From: Candidatus Latescibacterota bacterium
Lineage (GTDB): Bacteria; Latescibacterota; UBA2968
Assembly: GCA_965204745.1 (NCBI GenBank)
Contig: OZ242010.1
Coordinates: 640,001-704,000 of the forward strand
DNA: 64,000 nt
Direction: 5' to 3'
A model generated the notes under the pieces. That model was given only the letters and a program-made list of their open reading frames with translations, searched no databases and was not told the DNA's origin. Positions 1-8,517 of this stretch are shown here, in pieces; positions within the stretch are counted from its first letter, which is position 1, and each line of letters opens with the position of its first letter. The translations under genes were made by a program, and so were the position numbers.

Positions 1-47
1 AATCGGTCGTGCGTGAACCAACTCGTATCACCGTGCAACTCTGACAT
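1..47 (-). CDS. 5' end of a probable alpha-L-fucosidase (GH29), running off the window
   Basis: Reverse complement reads MSELHGDTSWFTHDR(F), resembling the GH29 N-terminal W-F-x-x-x-R-F-G-M-F-I-H-W motif. AGGAG Shine-Dalgarno at 53-57. Confidence 0.55.
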   Translation of the reverse strand, partial: MSELHGDTSWFTHDR

Positions 48-96
48 GTGTTCTCCTTTCCTTACGCCCCGAATCGCACAGGGCTTGGTCGACAAA

Positions 97-432
97 TCAA
101 CCGGCTTCTGATGTTGCCGCGAGTTGCCGGTTGACAATGTGCCAAAACGCGACAATCGCGCCTTTCTCCCCATCGAAGAAATTCTCAAAAAAACCAGCCG
201 AATTGAGCGGCAGGGGATAGGCATAACGCTCGCCATCATCGCCAATCTCAGCAATCCAATCGCCCGGTTCTTGGGGATCGACCACGTCAAACAACGCGGC
301 ATCGTACAGAAAGGGCCTGCCCGCGTCGTTCAGGATGCGAAAATCATCGGCTTCAATCCCAATGACGACATAGTATTGATGGGCCGTGAGATCGGGATAG
401 TCGGGATTTTGTTCTCGAAATTGGACGATCAT
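97..432 (-). CDS. Hypothetical acidic protein (111 aa)
   Basis: ORF 97..573; the plausible start is MIVQF at 432, just downstream of the 477..1478 gene. Globular, aromatic/acidic composition. Confidence 0.65.
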   Translation of the reverse strand: MIVQFREQNPDYPDLTAHQYYVVIGIEADDFRILNDAGRPFLYDAALFDVVDPQEPGDWIAEIGDDGERYAYPLPLNSAGFFENFFDGEKGAIVAFWHIVNRQLAATSEAG

Positions 433-476
433 AGCGGACTCACTCGTTTTTGTTTTCTCTCGCGTTGCTCCTCGTC

Positions 477-1478
477 TCACAACTCCGACAACGACACTTC
501 CCCGCCTTCGCGTGCGCTGGCGACTGCGCCGAAGACCATCGCCATGGATTTCAGATTGTCCGCGGCATGGCACTCGGGTTGGCGGTCTTCTTGCAGGGCG
601 CGGACAAATTCGTTGAGCACGGGATTTGGCCCGTCAACTTCATCGAGCGCGATCTGCTCGCGGAGTTGCGGATTCTGCTTGTGCTTAAGGGTGTAAAACA
701 GATCGAATCCCTCCCAGGTCAGCGTGCCTTTGGGCCCCTCGTAACGCCACTCGCCATTGTGACCCGCGGGCACATGCCCCATCGTGCAGCCGATCCCGCG
801 ATGCGTGGCGACGATCCCGTTCTCAAACTTAAAAACGATCATCTGGCACGCGTCGCCCTGATGCCAGCCCCAGGGCAAATTCCAAGTGATGGCGTGCGCG
901 CTGACCGGATCCGCATTGAGGGTATAGCGCATCATGTCAAAGTGGTGGATGCCCATGTCCGTGAGGAACATGTAAGGCTCGGTCACGTAATGGCTACCCG
1001 GATTGTCCGCCCAATCCACGTAGAGCGAGACGTCGAGTTGCGCCACGTCGCCAACGCGCTCGCTCTCGAGCAACCGCCGGGTCGTGCGCGGCAGGGCATT
1101 GAAGCGATAGTTCTGCGTGATCATGTGTTTGACACCCGCTTTTTTGCCCGCTTCAACCACGCGCTTGGCCGCTTGAAAATCATCGCTCAAGGGCTTTTCG
1201 CCCAAGAGGTTGAGGCCCGCATCAAAGGCTTTCATCGCAATGGTTTCGTGAACCGCGGGCGGCGTGACATCCACCGCAAAATCGGCTTGCACGGATGCGG
1301 CGGCTTCGCTGAGGTCCGCGTAGATGCGGTCCGCAGGTACGCCGCGTTCTTCAATCGCACGGGTTTTGTTTTCATCCGAGGGTTCGACATACGCGACCAA
1401 TTCGACTTCGGGATGTTGCTCACAGGCGGCCTGCCAATGACGCGCACGACCACCGAGGCCAACGAGGATTGCTTTCAT
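477..1478 (-). CDS. Gfo/Idh/MocA family oxidoreductase
   Basis: N-terminal Rossmann LVGLGG, EKP motif (GEKPL), D-x-x-x-H-H-x-D catalytic motif (DMGIHHFD). Confidence 0.92.
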   Translation of the reverse strand: MKAILVGLGGRARHWQAACEQHPEVELVAYVEPSDENKTRAIEERGVPADRIYADLSEAAASVQADFAVDVTPPAVHETIAMKAFDAGLNLLGEKPLSDDFQAAKRVVEAGKKAGVKHMITQNYRFNALPRTTRRLLESERVGDVAQLDVSLYVDWADNPGSHYVTEPYMFLTDMGIHHFDMMRYTLNADPVSAHAITWNLPWGWHQGDACQMIVFKFENGIVATHRGIGCTMGHVPAGHNGEWRYEGPKGTLTWEGFDLFYTLKHKQNPQLREQIALDEVDGPNPVLNEFVRALQEDRQPECHAADNLKSMAMVFGAVASAREGGEVSLSEL

Positions 1479-1500
1479 AGAATAGCTCCTTCAGGGTTTC

Positions 1501-1526
1501 GGGCACGCACGGGACTGCGCCCTACG
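1501..1526 (-). repeat. GTAG-type REP-like hairpin (related copies at 8313-8337, 14641-14667, 24866-24892, 36391-36417, 45574-45599)
   Basis: Minus strand reads GTAG or a close variant followed by an imperfect GC-rich palindrome, e.g. GTAGGGACAGGCCCTTGTGCCTGTCCC at 36391-36417. All copies are intergenic. Confidence 0.7.
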
Positions 1527-1581
1527 ATTGCCTTTGAACGGACTGTCGCCAGTTGTACCCCGCTCGTGCCTTTTGTGGCTA

Positions 1582-2012
1582 GGTTGTGTTGACATTTCAT
1601 TTTTTGACGTTACGCACAGAGTAGCAACTGTGTTGCTTCTTGCTCATTTAAGGCGTTTGGTCCTTTGATGGCTTATCTCAAGGGTTGCTCTGATGGCGTT
1701 TTGCGAGGGGACCTATCCCCCGGCCCCTTTCCTACGAGGAAAGGGGAGTAAAGCACCTTTGATGGCTTATCTCAAGGGTTGCTCTGATGGCGTTGCGAGA
1801 GGGCATAAAGCGATTAAAAATCCCTCATCAATCCCCTCGCAAAACCGCTCACAGTTCCCCCCTTCCTCGCAGGAAGGGGGGTTAGGGGGGTAGGTCCCGA
1901 TAAGGCGCGACTGTTTCAGTTTCTCAAACCGTGAGCATATTCTGCGATAGGGCTTGATTTTCTCGATAAACCGCTCAAGCCAGTTGCTTTGCTCCTAAAT
2001 GTCAACAGAACC
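1582..2012. mobile_element. Non-autonomous IS5-family derivative (MITE) carrying REP-like hairpins
   Basis: TIRs GGTTGTGTTGACATTT (1582-1597) and AAATGTCAACAGAACC (1997-2012), each flanked by TA. The right TIR is identical to the end of the IS at 53358-53373. Retains a transposase C-terminal remnant (minus strand EQSNWLERFIEKIKPYRRICSRFEKL). Confidence 0.85.
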
Positions 2013-2034
2013 TAATCGCATCTCGCCTTTTGCT

Positions 2035-2859
2035 TCAAAAATCATCCGACTCGACGTACGCTTGGATCAGGCGGTCTTCCCCTGCTTTGCCGGGCAGGCT
2101 GATGCCGTGTTCCATGCCGACGATACCCGCGTAGTTCTTTGCGTGCAAGTGCTTGAAGACATTTTTGTAGTTGATCTCGCCGGTCGTGGGTTCCTTGCGA
2201 CCAGGCGTATCCCCCACTTGGAAGACCCCGATCTCGGCCCAGCAACGGTCGATGTTGGGGATCAAATTGCCCTCGGTGATTTGCTGATGGTAAATGTCAA
2301 ACAGAATTTTGCAACACGGGTGGTTGACAGCACGGCAGATCTGATATGCCTGTGGGGAGCCGGCCAAGAAAACGCGCGGGTGGTTCGTCAGGCGGTTGAG
2401 CGGTTCCAGCACCATCACCAGCCCCGATTCTTCGAGAATGTCGCAACATCGCTTGAGCAATTCGATCACATTGGCGGTCTGATAATCCCATGCGAGTTTC
2501 AAGTCGTACAGGCCGGGCACCACTGTACACCACTTGGCGTTCACGCGCTTGGCAATGTCAATCGCGGCTTTGATGTTCTGCAACACAGCTTGTTTTGCGT
2601 CTTCGTCGTCGCCGGCAAACGTGACATCGGAAAACGACCCCGTCGCCACAAAAACGCCCATCTCGATGTTCAGGCGGGCCATTTCCGCGGCGATCTTTTC
2701 CTGCAAACCCACTTCGCGTTTGGGCATGCCATTGTCTTCCCAGGCCGTAAAGCCCTGGTCCGCGGCGTATTTGAGTTGGTCGAGATAGTCATTGCCCGCG
2801 CTGTGCGCGAAGTGGCCGTAATGCGGGGCGTATTTGAGTTTGAACTCGCGTTGGGGCAT
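2035..2859 (-). CDS. Hydroxypyruvate isomerase / xylose-isomerase-like TIM barrel protein
   Basis: Motifs VLEPLN, LFDIYHQQITEG, GDTPGRKEPTTGEINY, GMEH; start MPQREF after GAGGAG. Confidence 0.9.
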   Translation of the reverse strand: MPQREFKLKYAPHYGHFAHSAGNDYLDQLKYAADQGFTAWEDNGMPKREVGLQEKIAAEMARLNIEMGVFVATGSFSDVTFAGDDEDAKQAVLQNIKAAIDIAKRVNAKWCTVVPGLYDLKLAWDYQTANVIELLKRCCDILEESGLVMVLEPLNRLTNHPRVFLAGSPQAYQICRAVNHPCCKILFDIYHQQITEGNLIPNIDRCWAEIGVFQVGDTPGRKEPTTGEINYKNVFKHLHAKNYAGIVGMEHGISLPGKAGEDRLIQAYVESDDF

Positions 2860-2974
2860 GGAAAGCTCCTCGTGAAAAATGATTGTCCAAAACGAAAATT
2901 TAATTTGACAGGATAAGGCGCGTGTGTCAAACAGAAAATCCACGCCCATTGCGCGATGGCCTGCGGATTTCACC

Positions 2975-3003
2975 TTGACAAAACACGCACAGACGGGGAT
3001 AAT
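2975..3003 (+). promoter_or_regulatory. Putative sigma70 promoter for msrA
   Basis: TTGACA-17 nt-GATAAT. Confidence 0.55.
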
Positions 3004-3066
3004 GGACCGATCATCGTTCAACCCCTACCGCTCCACTGCTGACCGCTTAGGCGGTGGCGGGGCGGT

Positions 3067-3156
3067 CTCACCTCTCCCGTCTTCCCTCTCACCGAAGGGG
3101 CGGGCACGGTGGCGGGGGGTTGCCTCACCTCTCCCGTCTTCCCTCTCACCGAAGGG
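3067..3156. repeat. 33-bp direct repeat pair in the msrA leader
   Basis: CTCACCTCTCCCGTCTTCCCTCTCACCGAAGGG at 3067-3099 and 3124-3156. Confidence 0.85.
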
Positions 3157-3197
3157 AGTGGGGCGGGGTGGGAACTAACTACTGAAAGGAACACAAC

Positions 3198-3743
3198 ATG
3201 TCGTCTAAACCAATCGAAACAGCCACACTGGGCGGCGGGTGCTTCTGGTGTGTGGAGGCGATTTATCAGGATGTGATCGGCGTGCAACGGGTCGTCTCTG
3301 GGTACGCGGGGGGATCGGTTGAACATCCGACTTATCATCAGGTGTGTTCGGGCAACACGGGACACGCCGAGGTGGTGCAAATCGCGTTTGATCCAGCCGC
3401 GATTTCGTTTGCGGAACTCCTGTTCATTTTCTGGCGCACGCACGATCCCACGACCTTGAATCAACAGGGGCATGACGTGGGCACGCAGTATCGGTCTGTG
3501 ATTTTTTACCACGATGACCAGCAGCGCGAAATTGCCGAACAGTCCTTGTCCGAAACAGACGCATCGGACTTGTGGCCCGATCCCATTGTGACGGAAATCG
3601 CGCCGTTGCCGACATTTTACAAAGCGGAAAATTACCACCAGAATTACTTTGTTCAAAATCCGTATCAGCCGTATTGCATCGCGGTGATCCATCCCAAAGT
3701 GCAAAAGTTCCGCAAGGCGTTTCGGGATAAGTTGAGAGGTTGA
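3198..3743 (+). CDS. msrA: Peptide-methionine (S)-S-oxide reductase
   Basis: GGGCFWC active site, TGHAEVVQ, QYRS, AENYHQNYF. Confidence 0.97.
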   Translation: MSSKPIETATLGGGCFWCVEAIYQDVIGVQRVVSGYAGGSVEHPTYHQVCSGNTGHAEVVQIAFDPAAISFAELLFIFWRTHDPTTLNQQGHDVGTQYRSVIFYHDDQQREIAEQSLSETDASDLWPDPIVTEIAPLPTFYKAENYHQNYFVQNPYQPYCIAVIHPKVQKFRKAFRDKLRG

Positions 3744-3811
3744 GCAAAAGACTCCTCCCCATTGTATCTTTGGGCGAGCCTACAATGAGCGGAGCGAATA
3801 ACGGGGCTAAC

Positions 3812-3860
3812 AAAAAAGGAGCGCGTCATCATTTATCGACGCGCTCCTTTAATTTTTTTT
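3812..3860. terminator. Bidirectional intrinsic terminator
   Basis: AAAAAAGGAGCGCGTC-loop-GACGCGCTCCTTT...TTTTT between convergent genes. Confidence 0.8.
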
Positions 3861-3906
3861 GGAGATAGACGCTATTAAAACAACGTCCATCGCCCCTTAA
3901 CAATCC

Positions 3907-4317
3907 CTACTCACTCCGCCCATTTTTCACATCCTTCCCCAACTCCAGCACCTCACGGGCAACCGCCTCACACATCCCCTCATCAATCCCCCTATCTCGC
4001 AATTTTACCATGACTGCATCGAGCGTCCTTGACTGACCCTCATCAAAACCTTCACCAAAACCTTTACCAAAACCTTCATCATATCGCCGTCTCAATGCCC
4101 CTGAAAAAATCATCGCGACCTCCCCTGTGGAAACAAAAAACCACAACAAAAAACCACCAAACCCCAACAAATCCCCCCAACCCGATATACTACGCTTAAA
4201 ATCCAAACCAAAACAGAGACTATATGCCCCTATCATCCCTACATTGATCCCAAAAATAATCCCTGCAAACAACTTCGGATACCGCGCAACCAACTCAAAT
4301 CTATACCCTGTATCCAC
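3907..4317 (-). CDS. Hypothetical membrane protein, tandem copy A: two predicted TM helices plus an EG-repeat helical tail, with an internal start at 4113
   Basis: 136-aa ORF, hydrophobic segments at about aa 16-37 and 51-63. GGGGAGGT precedes the internal Met69. Confidence 0.7.
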   Translation of the reverse strand: MDTGYRFELVARYPKLFAGIIFGINVGMIGAYSLCFGLDFKRSISGWGDLLGFGGFLLWFFVSTGEVAMIFSGALRRRYDEGFGKGFGEGFDEGQSRTLDAVMVKLRDRGIDEGMCEAVAREVLELGKDVKNGRSE

Positions 4318-4365
4318 TCGCCCCCCTATACAAGACGACTAAAACGCCAGCCCCTTAACAATGCC

Positions 4366-4788
4366 CTACTCACTCCGCCCATTTCTCACATCCTTCCCCA
4401 ACGCCAACACCTCACGGGCAACCGCCTCACACATCCCCTCATCAATCCCCCTATCTCGCAATTTTACCATGACTGCATCGAGCGTCCTTGACTGACCCTC
4501 ATCAAAACCTTCACCAAAACCTTCACCAAAACCTTTACCAAAACCTTCATCATATCGCCGTCTCAATGCCCCTGAAAAAATCATCGCGACCTCCCCTGTG
4601 GAAACAAAAAACCACAACAAAAAACCACCAAACCCCAACAAATCCCCCCAACCCGATATACTACGCTTAAAATCCAAACCAAAACAGAGACAATATACCC
4701 CTATCATCCCTACGTTGATCAAAAAAATAATCCCTGCAAACAACTTCGGATACCGCGCAACCAACTCAAATCTATACCCTGTATCCAC
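4366..4788 (-). CDS. Hypothetical membrane protein, tandem copy B, with an internal start at 4584
   Basis: 140-aa ORF nearly identical to copy A with one extra GFGE unit. Confidence 0.7.
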   Translation of the reverse strand: MDTGYRFELVARYPKLFAGIIFLINVGMIGVYCLCFGLDFKRSISGWGDLLGFGGFLLWFFVSTGEVAMIFSGALRRRYDEGFGKGFGEGFGEGFDEGQSRTLDAVMVKLRDRGIDEGMCEAVAREVLALGKDVRNGRSE

Positions 4789-4836
4789 TCGCCCCCCTAT
4801 ACAAGACGACTAAAACGCCAGCCCCTTAACAATGCC

Positions 4837-5031
4837 CTACTCACTCCGCCCATTTTTCATATCCTTCCCCAACTCCAGCACCTCACGAGCAACCGCCTCA
4901 CACATCTCCTCATCAATCCCCCTATCTCGCAATTTTACCATGACTGCATCGAGCGTCCTTGACTGACCCTCATCAAAACCTTCACCAAAACCTTCATCAT
5001 ATCGCCGTCTCAATGCCCCTGAAAAAATCAT
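4837..5031 (-). CDS. Small protein (64 aa) equal to the C-terminal half of copies A and B
   Basis: MIFSGALRRRYDEG...; strong GGGAGGT Shine-Dalgarno; an in-frame TGA lies a few codons upstream, so no long form exists for this copy. Confidence 0.7.
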   Translation of the reverse strand: MIFSGALRRRYDEGFGEGFDEGQSRTLDAVMVKLRDRGIDEEMCEAVAREVLELGKDMKNGRSE

Positions 5032-5069
5032 CGCGACCTCCCTTTTAATTGGCTCCCTTCACAAAACAA

Positions 5070-5098
5070 AAGATACGCAGGTGCATGGGAGATGTCAA
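5070..5098 (-). promoter_or_regulatory. Putative sigma70 promoter for the tandem array
   Basis: Minus strand TTGACA (5098-5093)-17 nt-TATCTT (5075-5070). Confidence 0.65.
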
Positions 5099-5109
5099 CT
5101 CCCGAAACT

Positions 5110-8100
5110 TCAATCCGCCACATCGGGCACGGGCACATCCCTCGGCGTGGCGAACGCGCTGGCGGTCAGCCGTTTGAGGGCCGCGCGCAGGTCGTCCAAA
5201 AACGTGTAAAACAAGGGTACGAGCAACAAGGTGAGCAAGGTCGAGGAAAGCAAGCCGCCGATCATGGTGCGGCCCATCGGCGCGTAGGGTTGGCCCAAAA
5301 ACGCGCTGCTTCCCAGTGCCATGGGCAACAGCCCGCACACGGTCGTAAATGTCGTCATCATAATGGGCCGAAACCGGTTCGCGCCCGCCTCGGCGATGGC
5401 CCGCATTCTGTCCATCCCCGAGGCGCGCAAGCGATTCACCATATCGACCAACACAATCGCATTGTTGACCACCACGCCGATCAGCACGATGATGCCCACC
5501 ATCGCCAACTCGGCCATCGGCGTAGCGGTCAAATACAGGGTCCAATAGACGCCCAAGAAGGCAAACGGGATGGAGAACAACACGGAAAACGGCAGCACAA
5601 AGGACTCGAACAAAACGCCCATCAGCAAAAACACGCACGTCACGGCCATAATCCCCGCGAAGTACATGGTATCGTCTTCCTCCTGCAACTTGGAGTACCG
5701 CTCGCCCTTGTCCCACGAATACCCGCGCGGCAACTCGAATCCCGCCATTGCGCGGTCGATGTCCCCGTAGAGCGCTTTGACATCTTCACGGGTCGCAAAC
5801 GCGCGCACGCGCAACCGCGTCTTGCCATTTTCGCGTCGGATCGTGCCCCGGCCTTGATCGACGCGCAGCGAGGCAAAATCCATCAGGGACACCTGCGTGC
5901 CGGTCTCGGCTGGAAAGGTCAACCGCTTGAGGCGTTGTAGGGTTTGCCGGTTCAGTTTTTCCAAGTACAGGCGCACCCTGATCTCGCGGTTATCCGATTG
6001 CAAATAGGGCAACTGAATGCCTTGTAGCGCGAACCCAATGTTGAGGCCCACGTCTCGGGCAACGAGCCCCAATTTTTGTGCGCGGTCTCGGTCGATGATG
6101 ATCTGCACCTCGTCATTGGCGCGTTCCAAATCCGAATCCACGCTGATCACCGACGGGATGTTTTGCAACCGTCGCTCCACCTCTTGCAACAACTTCGCCA
6201 GCACATCCACGTCGTCGCCATACAAATTCAGCGCGATAGCGGAATCGCTGCCGCCGCTGCTACTTTGCCCCTGCACGGCCACCTTGACCCCCACGAATTG
6301 CGGCGCGTGCTTTTTCATATCCTCGATCACCGCGGGGCGCGACAAGTGGTGTTGCACGGGCATGCCGATCAGGGCGCGGATGGATTTGTAGGTCGCGTAC
6401 CACCAGGCGTCATCGGTTTTCTTCAAAAAAACGTGGATATTGCCGTAGGACTTGCGATACCACACGCGCAGGGTCTCGACCCCGTATTGCTCGCGGCGCG
6501 CCTCCAAAAAATCCTCCACTTCTGCGAGGGTGTCGCCGGCCTCTTGGATGGTGAAATCCTTTGGAAACTGAAAGAAAATGCGAAAGTCGTTCATCATGCT
6601 GCCCTCTGAATCCGCCCGCATAAGCCCGTTCATGGGCATTTGGATGCTGCCGAGCAAAATCAGCGCGATCAAAAACGCATCGCGCCTGTGGGACAAGGTC
6701 CAGTTCAACATCCGCAGGTAATAATCGCGCATCCGCTGAATGACCGGGGGATCGACCTTGACCTTCTGGCCGCCAAATCGCAGTGCGGCCTGGGGCACAA
6801 AAATGAGCGCGACAAACAACGAGCCGATCAGCGCGACCACCACCGGCACGCCGAGACGCATCAGGAAAAACGTCAGTTGTTCATTGCCGCTCATCAGCAT
6901 CAGGGGCAAAAACACCACCACAGTCGTCAGGGTTGCCATCGTAATGGCGAGGCCCACTTCGCCCGCGCCGACAATGGCCGCGTCTTTGGCAGACAAGCCC
7001 TTGCCGCGCATGCGGTAGATGTTCTCCAAAATCACAATCGCATTATCGACCACCATGCCCACGCCCACCATCAGGCCCATCATGGTCAGCACGTTGAGGG
7101 ACCAGCCGAAAAAGAACAGCGCGGTAATCGTGATCATCACGCACAGGGGAATCGCCAAGGTGATGATGGCCGTCATTCGCAACGCGCGTAAAAAGAACAG
7201 CAAGACCAGGGCCGCAAACAACCCGCCCCAAAGTCCGGTGGTCTCCAAGTTTTGAATCGCGTTTTGGATGTACTCGCCCTGATTGAAAAATACGTTGAAC
7301 GAAATTTTCCCCTCCAGGCGCGGATCGCGTTCAATGTCGCGCAGGGTTGCCATCACGCGGTTGCACACCTCCACGATATTCGCGCCCGATTCCTGCGACA
7401 CCCCAACGGACACTGCGGGCCGCCCATCGATGCGCTGGTACCACGACTGCTCGGGCACGTCGTAAATCACGTCGGCCACATCGCCCAAGCGCACGTCGCC
7501 TTGGGGCGTGCGGAGGAGAATGTCGTGGATCTCGTCCAAATTTTGGTACCGCGCCAATGAGCGCACGTAAAACCGCTTGCCGCCCTCGCGCACTCGCCCG
7601 ACTGACAGCGCGAAATTGTCCGCTTGTAGGGATCGCACCATCGTTCCCAGATCCACGCCGCGGGCCATCAGCCGCTCGTGGTTGAGTTCGATCATGACCT
7701 CTTTTTCGTACACGCCCCAAAAGCTCACCCGGGCCACGCCTTCGACCCGCTCCAACCCGCGTTGCACATGCAGGTTGAGGAACCGATAGGGATCGACGAT
7801 TGTCGTATCCAATGCGATGCCGATCCACATGATTTCCCAACTGTCCGCATTGAACTTGTACACACGCACCTGATCGCGCACCTCTTCGGGCAATTCCAAC
7901 TTGAGGCGTTCGAGGCGATCCACCACCTGATTGTACGCGGCGACCATATCCGTATCCGACAAAAACTCGATGGGCGCATCTACCCCATAAGACGCGCTGT
8001 ACGTGCGGATTTTCTCGATGCCCTTGACGGTCCGCAACTGCTCTTCGAGGGGCCGTGCGATCTGTTGCTCGGCCTCTTGGGGCGAGGCATTGCGGTGGTT

Positions 8101-8277
8101 GTATTCGATGTCCACGTACAAAAACGGCGGCGTAAATCCGGACGGGAACAATTTCACCGGCACGCGAAAATACGCCACCACACCCACGAGCAACAGCGCG
8201 ACCAAGCACATCGCAACCGTGACGGGGCGATTCACCGAAATGCGCGGCAACAGCGCGGGTTGGGAATTGGCGTTCAT
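5110..8277 (-). CDS. RND efflux permease (AcrB/AcrD/AcrF family)
   Basis: About 1055 aa; RPVTVAM start, GMVVDNAIVILENI, GVVVNNAIVLVD, RFRPIMMTT. Confidence 0.95.
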   Translation of the reverse strand: MNANSQPALLPRISVNRPVTVAMCLVALLLVGVVAYFRVPVKLFPSGFTPPFLYVDIEYNHRNASPQEAEQQIARPLEEQLRTVKGIEKIRTYSASYGVDAPIEFLSDTDMVAAYNQVVDRLERLKLELPEEVRDQVRVYKFNADSWEIMWIGIALDTTIVDPYRFLNLHVQRGLERVEGVARVSFWGVYEKEVMIELNHERLMARGVDLGTMVRSLQADNFALSVGRVREGGKRFYVRSLARYQNLDEIHDILLRTPQGDVRLGDVADVIYDVPEQSWYQRIDGRPAVSVGVSQESGANIVEVCNRVMATLRDIERDPRLEGKISFNVFFNQGEYIQNAIQNLETTGLWGGLFAALVLLFFLRALRMTAIITLAIPLCVMITITALFFFGWSLNVLTMMGLMVGVGMVVDNAIVILENIYRMRGKGLSAKDAAIVGAGEVGLAITMATLTTVVVFLPLMLMSGNEQLTFFLMRLGVPVVVALIGSLFVALIFVPQAALRFGGQKVKVDPPVIQRMRDYYLRMLNWTLSHRRDAFLIALILLGSIQMPMNGLMRADSEGSMMNDFRIFFQFPKDFTIQEAGDTLAEVEDFLEARREQYGVETLRVWYRKSYGNIHVFLKKTDDAWWYATYKSIRALIGMPVQHHLSRPAVIEDMKKHAPQFVGVKVAVQGQSSSGGSDSAIALNLYGDDVDVLAKLLQEVERRLQNIPSVISVDSDLERANDEVQIIIDRDRAQKLGLVARDVGLNIGFALQGIQLPYLQSDNREIRVRLYLEKLNRQTLQRLKRLTFPAETGTQVSLMDFASLRVDQGRGTIRRENGKTRLRVRAFATREDVKALYGDIDRAMAGFELPRGYSWDKGERYSKLQEEDDTMYFAGIMAVTCVFLLMGVLFESFVLPFSVLFSIPFAFLGVYWTLYLTATPMAELAMVGIIVLIGVVVNNAIVLVDMVNRLRASGMDRMRAIAEAGANRFRPIMMTTFTTVCGLLPMALGSSAFLGQPYAPMGRTMIGGLLSSTLLTLLLVPLFYTFLDDLRAALKRLTASAFATPRDVPVPDVAD

Positions 8278-8517
8278 GGGTTTCTCGGACCAAATCGGCG
8301 TTTTACATACAAGGACAGGCACGGGGCCTGTCCCGACGGTCTAATATCTCGCTTTTGGGCGGCCTAACTATATGACGCATCAACCGCAAAAGGGCTTCAT
8401 GGGTTCGGACTTTAGGCGACCAGCCCGTGGAAAAAAGTATTGGATGCCAAAAGACTTGAAAAAACGCCCGCGCCGCCGTATTCTACGCGCCCATCGATCA
8501 CCGCAAGAGGAACGACC

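Noticed and set aside
5110-8277. RND permease without adjacent MFP/TolC as a novelty
   Set aside because: Partner genes are often encoded elsewhere; nothing else unusual is visible.
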